The position numbers and the translations under genes were made by a program. From positions 3,008,001-3,072,000 of the forward strand of contig CAWEEQ010000004.1 in the NCBI GenBank assembly GCA_963808235.1: 64,000 nt of DNA, read 5' to 3'. Source of the DNA: an uncultured delta proteobacterium (GTDB lineage Bacteria > Desulfobacterota > Binatia > Binatales > Binataceae). Of this stretch, positions 9,466 through 19,681 are shown in pieces. The notes under the pieces are model-generated. The model saw nothing but the letters and a program-made list of their open reading frames with translations, did not search any database and was not told the origin of the DNA. Each line of letters opens with the position of its first letter. Position 1 is the stretch's first letter.

Positions 9466-9565
9466 CGATTTGCAGGCATACGGCGACTGCGGAGTCATCA
9501 CTGGAGGAAGTGTCTATACCGCGCGCAAATGGGCAAGGCAGTGAAGCAAAGTGGAAGAGACCAGC

Positions 9566-11095
9566 CTATTTTGCTCGCGAGCGCGGAACACCCAGCGCCA
9601 CCATCAGCAGAGGACTTTTGCCCGCGGCGTGCGGCGCGAAAAATTTTGTCGTGTCGTCGTCATAGAAAGTAAGTCCCGTCGCACCGCGGCCGAGCGAGTA
9701 CGCGGCCAGGTAGGCGCGGCCTCCCAGAATTCCCGCTTCGAGATGAGCTTCGCCGTAGCCGCGATTTCCGAATGCGCCGAGCACGCGCTCGAGGTCCGTC
9801 ATGTAAACGACCAGCGCGCTGCAATCCATTCCGAGCGGCTGCTCGAGGCACAGGTATCCGGCCTCGCCGCGGAAGTTGCCCGGTTTCAGCAGCTCGAATC
9901 CGCGCTCGCGCCGATTGTAGTAGTACGCGCCGGACTCCATCCCGCTCGCCGCGTTGACGATCAGGTAGGTATCGGTCAGGGGCGGAAAGTCGGCGCGCGG
10001 ATGCTCACTCGAGGCGGCCATGATAGTGGCGAGTTCCTCCGCGGTGATCGCGTCCTGGGCAAACGCTCGCGTCGAGCCGCGGCGCAAAATTGTCTCGCCG
10101 AGGCCAATCGCCTCTTCGGGCTCGATCACGTTGAAGCGACGCATCCCGATGGCCGGATGCTCTGGCCTGGGTTCGAGATTTGCGTTTGCGACCAGCCCGA
10201 CCTCGTCGGCGGTCACCAGGCGCGACTCGCGATGTATCTTCACCAGATCGTTGTAGACCACCTCGCTCGCTGAGAGTGGAATCGTTTCAAGTTCGAGCGG
10301 CGAAAGTGCCGGCGACGGTGCGGCCGGCTCTTCCGAACCGCCGAGCGCAATCAGCACGACCATCCCTTCTCGTTCGCCGTCGATTCCGAGCAGCGTCTCG
10401 AGTGCCGGATCCTCGAAAGCGGTAATCACTTCAGCGGAAATTCCGTCCGCCGCGGCTGCGGCAAGCAGATTCGCGAGCATCGTGCCCGCGTCCCAATAGC
10501 AATAGCGATAGGCCCGCGCGCGATACTTCCATTCGCTTCGCCAATAGATCGCGGTGAGCGCAATCACCGCGCTCGCGCGCCCGATCGACGGACGCATCGC
10601 GGCCGCTTTTGCCAGGTACTCGCGCCAGTCCCCGCGCCGAAGACCGGTCATCCGCAAATCCGCGGGCGAAAAGTGATAAAGGCCGGCCTCCAGTCCTTCG
10701 ACCGCAGTCGCGCTCACGTAAATCTCTATCGGGTAGAGCGCGCCGGCCGATGGCGCCGCGCGAAAATGGTAATCCTCGTTGCCGACGCGCTTTTGCCGCG
10801 TGAGTCCGTCGGCGCAGAACAGTATCCGGGTGAGCGCGGCAATATCGACCGGCGCGGACGACTGCGGCGCCGGACTCATCTCAAGCGCGGCCAGAGTGGG
10901 CATCGCCGCCAGGTTCAGATCGCGTGGCAGCGCGACCGATGCGGCGCCGGGATAGATCTTGTACGGGATCGGCTTGTTGTCCCAGTCGAGAATATGCGGC
11001 GACGAACGAACGCTCGTGTAGGAGTGCTTGGTGACCTCGTGAAAAACGCGAGCCGCCTCGATGTATTCGTTGCCCAATTCGATACCTCGCACCAT
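9566..11095 (-). CDS. SagB/ThcOx-like FMN nitroreductase-fold dehydrogenase, tandem domains
   Basis: RAAPSAGALYPIEIY, WKYRARAYRY..DAG; second domain RRGSTR...GATGLTFYDD. Confidence 0.88.
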   Translation of the reverse strand: MVRGIELGNEYIEAARVFHEVTKHSYTSVRSSPHILDWDNKPIPYKIYPGAASVALPRDLNLAAMPTLAALEMSPAPQSSAPVDIAALTRILFCADGLTRQKRVGNEDYHFRAAPSAGALYPIEIYVSATAVEGLEAGLYHFSPADLRMTGLRRGDWREYLAKAAAMRPSIGRASAVIALTAIYWRSEWKYRARAYRYCYWDAGTMLANLLAAAAADGISAEVITAFEDPALETLLGIDGEREGMVVLIALGGSEEPAAPSPALSPLELETIPLSASEVVYNDLVKIHRESRLVTADEVGLVANANLEPRPEHPAIGMRRFNVIEPEEAIGLGETILRRGSTRAFAQDAITAEELATIMAASSEHPRADFPPLTDTYLIVNAASGMESGAYYYNRRERGFELLKPGNFRGEAGYLCLEQPLGMDCSALVVYMTDLERVLGAFGNRGYGEAHLEAGILGGRAYLAAYSLGRGATGLTFYDDDTTKFFAPHAAGKSPLLMVALGVPRSRAK

Positions 11096-11176
11096 ACCGA
11101 TCGTTCAATTGACAAGAGCGCGGTCGGGCGTGCTATACGAAAATTTCCGCGCGCCCGCGCACCAGGAGAGTTTATC

Positions 11177-12103
11177 ATGGCTCGGAAACTGACGCCTTCG
11201 GACGTGAAAGGTTTGTTCGAGAAGCTGAGCAATTGGGGCCGCTGGGGCAAGGACGACGAACGCGGCGCGCTCAACTTCATCACCAACCAGAAACGCGCGG
11301 CCGCGGCCCGGCTCGTGCAAACCGGAGAGACCATCTCGATGGCGCTTCCGCTCGCTACTATTCCGGCAGCCGACAATCCGATGCCAGTGACCCATCTGAT
11401 GGTTCAAGCCGGGACCGACGCGCACGAGCAGGCGCTACCCTATGCCGGCGACTACTTCGCGATCGCGCCGCATGGAATGGCGAATACTCATCTCGACGCG
11501 CTCTGCCATGTGTTCTGGCAAAACAAAATGTACAACGGTTTCGACGCCAAGGAAGTCGGCTCGCACGGCGCGAAAAAGTGCGCTATCGACGTCACTCGCG
11601 CGGGTGTCTTGAGTCGTGGCGTTCTGTTGGATATTCCACGGCTCAAAAAAGTCGAGTGGCTCGAGCCGCGCGATCCGATCTTCCCCGAAGATCTCGACGC
11701 CGCCGAGAAGGCGCAGCGCGTTCGCGTCGAAGAGGGCGACGTCCTGCTGGTCCGCACAGGACGCTCGACGCGACGCAAGTCGAAAGGCGGATGGGATCCG
11801 ATGGGTGTCGGCATGCCGGGGCTCGATGCGAGTTGCTTGCCGTGGCTCCACGAGCGGAAGATCGCGGTTCTTGGCAGTGATGCGGTGAGCGACGTGGTGC
11901 CGAGCGGATACGACGGAATCCTCCTCCCGATTCACGTCGGAACCCTGGTCGCATTGGGTATACATCTGATCGACAACGCGGATTTCGACGCTCTGTCAGA
12001 GACATGTGCGCGCCTTGGACGAAGCGAATTCATGTTCTCGATGAGCACGCTCATCCTGGAACGCGGCACCGCATCGCCGGTCAATCCCCTGGCAATATTC
12101 TGA
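11177..12103 (+). CDS. Cyclase family (kynurenine formamidase-like) metal hydrolase
   Basis: NWGRWGKDDERGALN, THLDALCH, RGVLLD, GDVLLVRTG, SPVNPLAIF; GGAG RBS before the ATG at 11177. Confidence 0.9.
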   Translation: MARKLTPSDVKGLFEKLSNWGRWGKDDERGALNFITNQKRAAAARLVQTGETISMALPLATIPAADNPMPVTHLMVQAGTDAHEQALPYAGDYFAIAPHGMANTHLDALCHVFWQNKMYNGFDAKEVGSHGAKKCAIDVTRAGVLSRGVLLDIPRLKKVEWLEPRDPIFPEDLDAAEKAQRVRVEEGDVLLVRTGRSTRRKSKGGWDPMGVGMPGLDASCLPWLHERKIAVLGSDAVSDVVPSGYDGILLPIHVGTLVALGIHLIDNADFDALSETCARLGRSEFMFSMSTLILERGTASPVNPLAIF

Positions 12104-12121
12104 AACGATCGCGTCAACAGG

Positions 12122-13330
12122 ATGAATATGAAAACGGAAGAATTAGTAATCGATTGCGACGGACACATACTCGAGCCGCCCGACCTCTGGGAGAAATATA
12201 TCGATCCCAGGTATCGCGACCGCGCGATGCGAATCCGGGTCGGCGACGATGGCTTCGAATATCTGGAGATCGATCGCAAGCGCGCGAAGATGACTGCGCC
12301 CGGACTGCTCGGCTCGCTCGGTGGGATGGGCAAGCGGGTCGAGGATGCAAAGAAACTCCGTGAAGCTGCGATGAGTGGCGGCGAGATCAAGCCGGAGCAG
12401 ATGCGGATGATGGCGCCGAAGCCCGAAAACACCTACCTCAAGGGCGCCGCGTTCGGCACCATGAACATGAAGGAGCGCCTCGAGCTGCTCAAGCAGGAAG
12501 GGATGGAAAAAGCCATCCTCTATCCAACGATCGGATTGCTCTGGGAGGCGGAACTCTTCGACGCGGAACTATCGGCGGCGTATTGCCGTGCTTACAACCG
12601 ATGGATCGCGGACTTCTGCCGCGACTCCGGCGGCCGCTTGATCGCGATCGCGCACCTATCGCTCGGCGATCCCGCCGAGGCCGCGCGCGAACTCGAGCGC
12701 GCCGTGAAAGACGGATGCAAAGGCGCATTCGTTTGCCCCTTTACGATCACGCGCGTACCGCACGGCGACAAACGTCATGACGCGGTGTTCGCCGCCGCGC
12801 AGGATCTCGACGTGCCGCTCGCCATTCATCCCACCTTCGAGCCCGCGAGCTTCGGTATCCATCATCGTTACGACAACTTTGGATGGGCCGCGTGGTACTT
12901 CGATCTGTTCGCTGGCCAGGGCGTGCAGCACGCATTTGGCACGTTCTTTCAGTTAGGCGTATTCGATCGTTTTCCGAAGCTGTGCACAGTGGTCCTGGAA
13001 TCGCAGGCCGGATGGATCGGTTACTTCCTGGATCGCGGCGACGCAATTTTTAACGGAACGACGCTCGGCGCGACCGTCCGGCTGAAGGAATCGCCGTCAT
13101 ATTATTTCAAGCGCCAATGTTATATCTCGGCGGATCCCGATGAGCGGACAATCGCCGCGATGATGCAAATCGTCGGCGAGGACAAGTTTTTCTGGGCCAG
13201 CGACTATCCGCATCCCGACCATCCGGGAAACTACCTCGAGGAGTTGAAGGGTATGATCGCGCCCATGAAAGACTCCGGCCGCCGCGCAATCCTCGGCGAA
13301 AACGTAGCCCGCGCCTACAAACTCATGTAA
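12122..13330 (+). CDS. Amidohydrolase_2 family protein
   Basis: IDCDGHILEP, AYNRWIADFC, WASDYPHPD, ILGEN motifs. Confidence 0.9.
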   Translation: MNMKTEELVIDCDGHILEPPDLWEKYIDPRYRDRAMRIRVGDDGFEYLEIDRKRAKMTAPGLLGSLGGMGKRVEDAKKLREAAMSGGEIKPEQMRMMAPKPENTYLKGAAFGTMNMKERLELLKQEGMEKAILYPTIGLLWEAELFDAELSAAYCRAYNRWIADFCRDSGGRLIAIAHLSLGDPAEAARELERAVKDGCKGAFVCPFTITRVPHGDKRHDAVFAAAQDLDVPLAIHPTFEPASFGIHHRYDNFGWAAWYFDLFAGQGVQHAFGTFFQLGVFDRFPKLCTVVLESQAGWIGYFLDRGDAIFNGTTLGATVRLKESPSYYFKRQCYISADPDERTIAAMMQIVGEDKFFWASDYPHPDHPGNYLEELKGMIAPMKDSGRRAILGENVARAYKLM

Positions 13331-13472
13331 GCAAATCTCCCGGCGAGGGGCGCTTTCGGTAAAGGACTTTGGTTGTCGATGGTGATACAAGCATTTTTCC
13401 CGACGCGTTTTCTCAGGGCGATTCGGGCTTTTTCGAGGTAGGGCTCATCGGTCAAGGACAGGAGTTTGAGCG

Positions 13473-13797
13473 TCACCCGCCGACGCGAACAATCTCGCCC
13501 GCCCGGCTCTTGGAAATCGCTTCCAGGGCAGGAGTAAACGAGTGGAAGTAGATCGTTCAGCTTGCTGCTCGATGCGACCAGTACAACGATGCCCAGCCGC
13601 GCGCCCGCAAGATTCTGTTAGAACTGAAGGTTCTGGTCGGCGGTTAAGAAGATTTCGAATCCCGCATTTGCAGCACGGCGCAAGAGCTCTCCGTTCTTGA
13701 GGCCAGCCCAGCCCTGCTGTTGGACGGTACGAACATCGTGCCCAGTTAGCTCACGAGCCAGACGACGCGGAAGCTGCTCATCGAGGAGGACGCGCAC
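13473..13797 (-). pseudogene. DUF5615/PIN-like toxin, interrupted
   Basis: Manual translation VRVLLDEQLPRRL...GWAGLKNGELL...FLTADQNLQF*QNL has an in-frame TAA near 13618, plus a +1 frameshift near 13535. Confidence 0.8.
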
Positions 13798-14017
13798 TCG
13801 CCGTCAGAACCTCATGAGCCGCCTCAAGCGCCGCAATTGCCTGGTCGCGGGAAACCGAAGGGAAGTCGTCCAGGAATTCGTCCAAACTCTGTCCGCCCTC
13901 CAGGTAGTCGATCAGGTTGCGCAAGGGAACGCGGGTCCCCACAAAGACGGGCGTTCCGCCAAGAATTTGCGGGTCGCTGTGCACGACCGGAGTTTGACTG
14001 TTGATGGAGTGTTCCAT
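13778..14017 (-). CDS. DUF433 family antitoxin
   Basis: DPQILGGTPVFVGTRVP...LDEFLDDFPSVSR; lies upstream of the PIN toxin. Confidence 0.92.
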   Translation of the reverse strand: MEHSINSQTPVVHSDPQILGGTPVFVGTRVPLRNLIDYLEGGQSLDEFLDDFPSVSRDQAIAALEAAHEVLTASARPPR

Positions 14018-14098
14018 CTGGGTTGAATTCTAGCGCAAGAATCGTGTCCTTCATAACAAACGTGGCGCGTGCGTACAAACTCAGGTAGGTATTTCCGC

Positions 14099-14581
14099 AT
14101 GCTTACTGGATCGATCAACCACGTCTCGATCACGGTCAGCGATCTGACCGGGGCGATGAAATTTTTCAAGCCGTTTTTGGAATTTCTCGGCTATGGCATC
14201 GGCGATGTCATTCAGGATCCGAACGGGCAGCGCCTGACTGTCAACATTCTTCCGGGACTTCGCGGCGTTGCGGTTAACATCTGGGAAGCAAAGCCCGAGT
14301 TCGCAAAGCATCGCTTCGAAGTCTACGAGGTCGGGCTCCATCACCTGGCCTTCCACGTCGAAAAACGCGAGCAGATCGATCAGGTCCATGAGCTGGTGAA
14401 AAGTCTGGGCGCGGAAATCCTCGACGGCCCCGCAGAGTTCCCATACGGCGGGCCTGACGGCTGGTACGCGGTTTATTTCCTCGGACCGGATCGAATGAAA
14501 TTCGAAGTCGTCCACATACCGGGCGCAGAGAAAGTATTTAAAGAGGTCATGAACGCGTTGGCGCGAGGCTCGTCGCGATAA
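14099..14581 (+). CDS. VOC/glyoxalase family protein
   Basis: INHVSITVSDL, GLHHLAF, YAVYFLGPDRMKFEVVH. Confidence 0.88.
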   Translation: MLTGSINHVSITVSDLTGAMKFFKPFLEFLGYGIGDVIQDPNGQRLTVNILPGLRGVAVNIWEAKPEFAKHRFEVYEVGLHHLAFHVEKREQIDQVHELVKSLGAEILDGPAEFPYGGPDGWYAVYFLGPDRMKFEVVHIPGAEKVFKEVMNALARGSSR

Positions 14582-14661
14582 AGTGTTCTGCTATGCTGCT
14601 GCCCGAGCGCCGAGCCTCTTGTCGGCGATCGGAGTACATCATCGGCTCGCTGGAGGAACCT

Positions 14662-15198
14662 ATGCGCGACCGCTCACGCTCACGAACCGCCATCGCACTG
14701 CGCCTGCTCGCACTTGCGCTCGCATGCGTGGTCGCCGCGTGTAATTCGCAATCGTTCCAGCAAAGCAACGGGCCTTCGATGCCGACGCCGCCGCCCGCTC
14801 CTGTGCAGGCGCCTCCGCCACCGATTAATCCGGCCGACCGTCTCGACGGAAATTGGTTTGCCACTTACCCGGGCGGTCCGCTGCGAGTCGTGATTGGGCT
14901 CGATCCGCTGCAGCGAGGCCGCAACTACGTCGCGACGCTGGTCGATGGCAATAAGGATGTCCCAGCCGGCCAGGTGATGTGGCGAGGCATCCTCGATCCA
15001 AACGTGTCAGGCCTCGTGCTCGCCGATCAGGTGTGCGCCAAGCGCGGCGATAGCGCGGAGCGAACTATCAAGGCGCGACTGCTCGTAGCTGACGTCGATC
15101 ACATGAAGGAAGAACTGGTCAACCCGAAAGATTGCGCAGGGTTCCCGGTTCATTACACACGTGCCGGCGCGTCGGACGCTCCGCAACGCAAAAACTAA
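14662..15198 (+). CDS. Hypothetical lipoprotein with Pro-rich linker
   Basis: GGAGG RBS; signal peptide ending VAAC (lipobox-like); PTPPPAP linker. Confidence 0.7.
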   Translation: MRDRSRSRTAIALRLLALALACVVAACNSQSFQQSNGPSMPTPPPAPVQAPPPPINPADRLDGNWFATYPGGPLRVVIGLDPLQRGRNYVATLVDGNKDVPAGQVMWRGILDPNVSGLVLADQVCAKRGDSAERTIKARLLVADVDHMKEELVNPKDCAGFPVHYTRAGASDAPQRKN

Positions 15199-15221
15199 GC
15201 GCATCGCGCTCGCCGCAAAAG

Positions 15222-15252
15222 AAAAGGCCGTCCCGCTAAGGACGGCCTTTTT
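15222..15252. terminator. Bidirectional rho-independent terminator
   Basis: aaaaggccgtcc-cgctaa-ggacggcctttt between convergent genes. Confidence 0.85.
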
Positions 15253-15279
15253 ACGTTCGCTCGATTACTCGCGCCGTTT

Positions 15280-16473
15280 CTACACCTGCATCCCGGCCTG
15301 CACGATCACCGGCCCGTCGGTCTTTGGAATCTTCGGCTCGCGCTTGCGCTTCATCGCCTTTTCGAGGATCGGCGCGATCCGTTCCGCCTTCTGCTTCGCG
15401 CGAGTTTGTTCGCGCTCCTTGAACTCGGGCAGGATATTTTCCGCAAACAGATTGAGCGACGAGCAGATGTCCTCATGCTTGTTGTTGCCGGCCTGCGAGA
15501 TGAACACCACCTGGTCGACGCCCACCTCCTCGAACTCGCGCAGCCGCGTGCGTATCTCGTCGGGTGAGCCGACGCACGAGTTCGATCCGTCCATCCCGGG
15601 CAAACTGATCGGGTTCGTTTTGAAATTGTTCCAGATGTCCGTCTTGCCCGGCTCGTGCCGCCCGAAGCCGTAATGATGACCCAGCGCGTACGAGAAAAAC
15701 TTCAAACCCTCTTCGCCCATCTGATGCGCGCGCTCCGCGTTCTTGTCGCACATGAAGCCGGTCACGATCGCGATATTCGGATTGATTGCGTATCCGATCG
15801 GCTCGCACTCATTCTCCAGCGTCGTGTAGTAGTCGGTCACCCACTGCCGCGCCTCTTCGGGAGAGACGAACGCGAAAGTAAGCGCGCCGATTCCGAGCTT
15901 CGCCGCCAGATGAATCGTCTCGCGCCGCGAGCACGCGACCCACAAAGGCGGATGCGGCTTCTGCACCGGCTTGGGCACCACGTTGCGCACCGGCATCGAG
16001 AAGTACTTGCCCTCGTGCCCAAGGAACGGATCCTCGACGAACATCCGCGTAATCGCGCCAAGCGATTCCTGCCACATCTCGCGCTTGTCCGCACGCGGTA
16101 TGCGAAATCCGCCCAGCTCCAGCTCCGCCGACGATTCACCAGTGCCGAACTCCACTCGTCCGCCACTGACCAGGTCGAGCGTGGCGATCCGCTCCGCGAC
16201 GCGCGCGGGATGGTTGTACGCCGGCGGTAGCAGCACGATCCCGTGACCAAGCCGAATCCGCTTGGTGCGCTGACTCGCCGCGGCGAGAAAAATTTCCGGC
16301 GCCGACGAATGCGCGTACTCCTCGAGAAAATGATGCTCGACTTCCCACATGTGATCGATTCCGACCTTGTCGGCCAGTTCCACCTGGTCAAGCGCATCCT
16401 GAAAGAGCTTTAGCTCCGCGCCTTCTTTCCACGGACGTGGTAGCTGATGCTCATAAAATGTTCCGAACTTCAT
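15280..16473 (-). CDS. LLM-class (luciferase-like) flavin-dependent oxidoreductase
   Basis: WEVEHHF, RIRLGHG, HPARVAERIATLDLVSGGRVEFGTG, PKPVQKPHPP. Confidence 0.92.
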   Translation of the reverse strand: MKFGTFYEHQLPRPWKEGAELKLFQDALDQVELADKVGIDHMWEVEHHFLEEYAHSSAPEIFLAAASQRTKRIRLGHGIVLLPPAYNHPARVAERIATLDLVSGGRVEFGTGESSAELELGGFRIPRADKREMWQESLGAITRMFVEDPFLGHEGKYFSMPVRNVVPKPVQKPHPPLWVACSRRETIHLAAKLGIGALTFAFVSPEEARQWVTDYYTTLENECEPIGYAINPNIAIVTGFMCDKNAERAHQMGEEGLKFFSYALGHHYGFGRHEPGKTDIWNNFKTNPISLPGMDGSNSCVGSPDEIRTRLREFEEVGVDQVVFISQAGNNKHEDICSSLNLFAENILPEFKEREQTRAKQKAERIAPILEKAMKRKREPKIPKTDGPVIVQAGMQV

Positions 16474-16551
16474 AGCCGCGTCTTCTCCTTTGACTTATTC
16501 ACAATCGATCTCGCTCCGCGTCGATCGCAGTTGCGAGTCTACTTCGCCGCG

Positions 16552-17235
16552 TCACCGCTCGGCGGCGCTCGTGAACAGCGTGCGTTCGACCATATCGATC
16601 ACTTCGCGCTTGCGCCGTTCGATCATCGCTGGTTCGAGCAGGTTCATACTCCACAGCCGCCGGATCATCGCGGCGGTCGTGAAATAGCCAATCGTTATCG
16701 AGTTCAGGCTCCACATAAAATGAAGCGGATCGACTTCGGAACGAAACTCGCCGTCGCGCTGTCCGCGGAAAATAAAATTCACCGCGGTGGAAAACAGCGG
16801 CGGCAGGCGTCGCTTCAGCACCTGGCGCCCCACCCCGCTTTCGTCGGCCATCTCCTTCCACATGATGCGCACGAAATCCGGATGCCCCGCGATAAAATCG
16901 AGCGCGTCGCCAACCGCCCGGCGCATCCGCTCCTGCCGGCTCCCGCGTCCCCACGCGATCGCGTTGGCCGCGTCTTCGAGACTCTCGAACATCTTGTCCA
17001 GCACCGCGAGATAGAGCTGCTGCTTGGAGGGAAAATGATGCAACAGCGAGGGCGCCTTGATTCCGATTCGCTTCGCGATGTCGCGCAGACTCGTCCCGCG
17101 ATAACCGCGCTCCGCAAACAGCGCCTGCGCCACCTGCAGCACTCGCTCGCGAGTGTCCGGCTGCCTGCGGATATCGACGACTTTGCCACTCGCCCGCGAC
17201 GGGATATTTTTCGAAACGCTCCGCACGAAATTCAA
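16552..17235 (-). CDS. TetR/AcrR family regulator
   Basis: LFAERGYRGTSLRDIAKRIGIKAPSLLHHFPSK HTH. Confidence 0.93.
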   Translation of the reverse strand: MNFVRSVSKNIPSRASGKVVDIRRQPDTRERVLQVAQALFAERGYRGTSLRDIAKRIGIKAPSLLHHFPSKQQLYLAVLDKMFESLEDAANAIAWGRGSRQERMRRAVGDALDFIAGHPDFVRIMWKEMADESGVGRQVLKRRLPPLFSTAVNFIFRGQRDGEFRSEVDPLHFMWSLNSITIGYFTTAAMIRRLWSMNLLEPAMIERRKREVIDMVERTLFTSAAER

Positions 17236-17290
17236 ACCTATCTAACGTCTGTTAGGCAGTCAATTGCGCCCCTACCCTTTCCCTCTTTTC

Positions 17291-17466
17291 GTCATCCTGA
17301 GCGGAAGCTGCTGGAGTCGAAGGATCTCCGCGAAGCGATGCTCTTTTTTTGATGTCATTCTGAGCGCAGCGAAGAAACCCGGATCTTTCTCCGCGCAAAA
17401 AAATTCGACTTCACTTTGGGTATGCGAAGCCGAACGCCGAAGAGGTGAGGGGTTAGAGCTTAGGTT
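17291..17466. repeat. REP-like composite repeat (GTCATYCTGAGC...GATCT type)
   Basis: Two GTCAT-type palindromic units; the distal part matches 18936-19070. Confidence 0.75.
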
Positions 17467-17515
17467 GGCCCGCCCGCCACTATCGTAGTAAGTATCGTCC
17501 CACGAGGAACCACCG

Positions 17516-18925
17516 ATGTCCGAACTTTACTGGAAACCAGCCCACGAACTCGCCGCGATGATTCGCAAGCGCGACATCAAGGCAAGCGAGTTGATGGACG
17601 TTACGATCCGGCGAATCGAGCAGACCAACTCCAAGCTCAACGCGTTCTGCGCACTCCGCGCCGACGACGCGCTCGCCGACGCCCGCGCGCTCGATGAGAG
17701 AATCGCCCGCCGCGAGGAAGTCGGCCCGCTCGCCGGCCTCCCGCTCGGTGTCAAAGACCTCGAGGATGCCGCCGGTCTCGTGACCACCTTCGGATGCAAA
17801 CCCTTCAAGAACAACCTCGCCAAGTCCGACTCGATCCAGGTCGAGCGCCTCAAAGCCGCCGGCGCAATCGTGATCGGCAAAACCAACGCGCCCGAGTGGG
17901 GTTACACCGCACACACCAAAAATCTGCTCTTCGGCGTCACTCGTAATCCGTGGAATCTCGAGCGCACGCCCGGCGGCTCGTCGGGTGGCAGCTCGGCTGC
18001 GATCTCCGGCGGCGTGGTTCCGATCGCCACCGGTTCCGACGGCGGCGGCTCGGTGCGAATCCCCGCCTGTTTCACCGGATGCTACGGTCTCAAAACTTCG
18101 TACGGGCGCATCCCGCACAACATGGCGCTCGGGATGCAACAATGGAACGACACTTCCGTGCACGGACCCCTCACCCGCACCGTGCGCGATGCCGCCATCT
18201 TCATGGATGCCGTCGTCGGCTACCATCCGCACGATCAGGACTCGCTGCCGCATCCCGGAATTTCCTACGCCGCGATCCTCGATCGCCTTCCCAAAAAACT
18301 TCGCATCGCTTTTCATCCCGACTTCGGCCAGCTGGTGCAGCGCGACGTGGCGCGCGAAATCGCGAAAGCCGCCGCGGTCTTCAAGGACCTCGGCCACGGC
18401 GTCACCACTATAGACGATCCGGTGCCCGACACCGGCCGCGCATGGATGCAGGTAGGCGCGACCCAGGGCTACGCTTCGCTGCATGAGTACTTCGACAAGT
18501 ATCACGACGATTTCGGGCGCGCATTTATCGCCGGCACTGAGGGCGCGACTCGAGTCACCTGGAAACATTACGGCGCCGCGTATCGCCGCCGCCACGAGTT
18601 CAACCAATGGTGCCAGCGCGTGTTCGAGCGCTTCGATTTGCTCCTATGCCCCGTGCTCCCGATCGAAGCATTCCCCGCCAAGGGCCCGATGCCGACCGAG
18701 ATCAACGGTGAGCCGCTCAAGGACGCACTAGGAGCCGTCGTGTTCACCTATCCCTTCAACCTAAGCGGTCATCCGGGCGCATCAGTACGCGCGGGACTCA
18801 CCGACGCAGGCCTCCCCTGCGGCTTGCAGATCGTCGCCGAGCGTCATCGCGACGACCTGGTCCTGCAAGCCTCCTACGCCTACGAACAAGCCCGCCCCTG
18901 GAACAACAAATGGCCCGAAATTTAG
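17516..18925 (+). CDS. Amidase signature family protein
   Basis: GVKD, GKTN, PGGSSGGS, GSDGGGSVRIPA. Confidence 0.95.
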   Translation: MSELYWKPAHELAAMIRKRDIKASELMDVTIRRIEQTNSKLNAFCALRADDALADARALDERIARREEVGPLAGLPLGVKDLEDAAGLVTTFGCKPFKNNLAKSDSIQVERLKAAGAIVIGKTNAPEWGYTAHTKNLLFGVTRNPWNLERTPGGSSGGSSAAISGGVVPIATGSDGGGSVRIPACFTGCYGLKTSYGRIPHNMALGMQQWNDTSVHGPLTRTVRDAAIFMDAVVGYHPHDQDSLPHPGISYAAILDRLPKKLRIAFHPDFGQLVQRDVAREIAKAAAVFKDLGHGVTTIDDPVPDTGRAWMQVGATQGYASLHEYFDKYHDDFGRAFIAGTEGATRVTWKHYGAAYRRRHEFNQWCQRVFERFDLLLCPVLPIEAFPAKGPMPTEINGEPLKDALGAVVFTYPFNLSGHPGASVRAGLTDAGLPCGLQIVAERHRDDLVLQASYAYEQARPWNNKWPEI

Positions 18926-18935
18926 ATTCTCTATT

Positions 18936-19070
18936 TTTGTGTCATTCTGAGCGGAGCGAAGAATCCCGAATCTTTCTCGGCGCAAAACACGGCTACTTCG
19001 CTGAAGGCACGCGAAGCCGAACAATTGATTTTGTCCCCCTTCCCACTATGGGAAGGGGTTAGGGGTTAGC
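18936..19070. repeat. REP-like composite repeat, direct copy of 17346-17466
   Basis: gtcattctgagcg.agcgaagaa..cc..atctttctc.gcgcaaaa...gcgaagccgaac...aggggttag. Confidence 0.75.
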
Positions 19071-19111
19071 CGGTATCAATCACCACTTACGAAAACAGAA
19101 AGGAGATCACC

Positions 19112-19547
19112 ATGCCCGAGTTCAACGAAAAAGCAATGCAGCGAATTCAACCAGAGACTGATCGTCGAGTTCCGCGCCAACGGCGGCAAGGTCCTTAGCG
19201 GCCCATTCGTAAACGCGCCCCTGCTCTTACTCACCACCACCGGCGCAAAGAGCGGCCGTCCCTTCACCACTCCGCTCGTCTATACCAATGACGGCAATCG
19301 AATCGTAATCATCGCCTCGAAGGGCGGCTTCCCGACCCATCCCGCCTGGTACCACAACCTTAAGGCTCACCCAACGACGACGCTCGAAGTAGGCAAAGAA
19401 AAATTCCAGGCCAAAGCTACTATCACCAAGGATCCCGAACGCCAACGCCTCTTCGACGCCCAGGCCAAAGTGATGCCCAACTTCAACGAATATCAGAAGG
19501 CCACCACGCGTCAGATCCCGGTGATAACTCTGGAACGAATCTCCTAA
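19112..19547 (+). CDS. Deazaflavin (F420)-dependent nitroreductase, DDN family; +1 frameshift near 19140
   Basis: Manual translation EFNQRLIVEFRANGGKV...LLLLTTTGAKSG...IASKGG..HPAWYHNL...YQKATTRQIPV; AAGGAG RBS; missed by the ORF track. Confidence 0.9.
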
Positions 19548-19603
19548 CCTCTCCTTTGTCCGAGGAGAGGTCGGCGCTAGCCAAAGGTAGCGCCGGGTGA
19601 GGT
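19548..19603. repeat. REP-like palindrome (CCTCTCC...GGAGAGG type)
   Basis: cctctcctttgtccgaggagagg...gcgccgggtgagg; related copies at 28661-28830. Confidence 0.65.
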
Positions 19604-19681
19604 GCAATGCCGGGCAACGCACCATGTCAACTCGTCTAGAAGCAGTAGATAGAGGGTCCGTCGTCAGAGGAGTCATAACGA

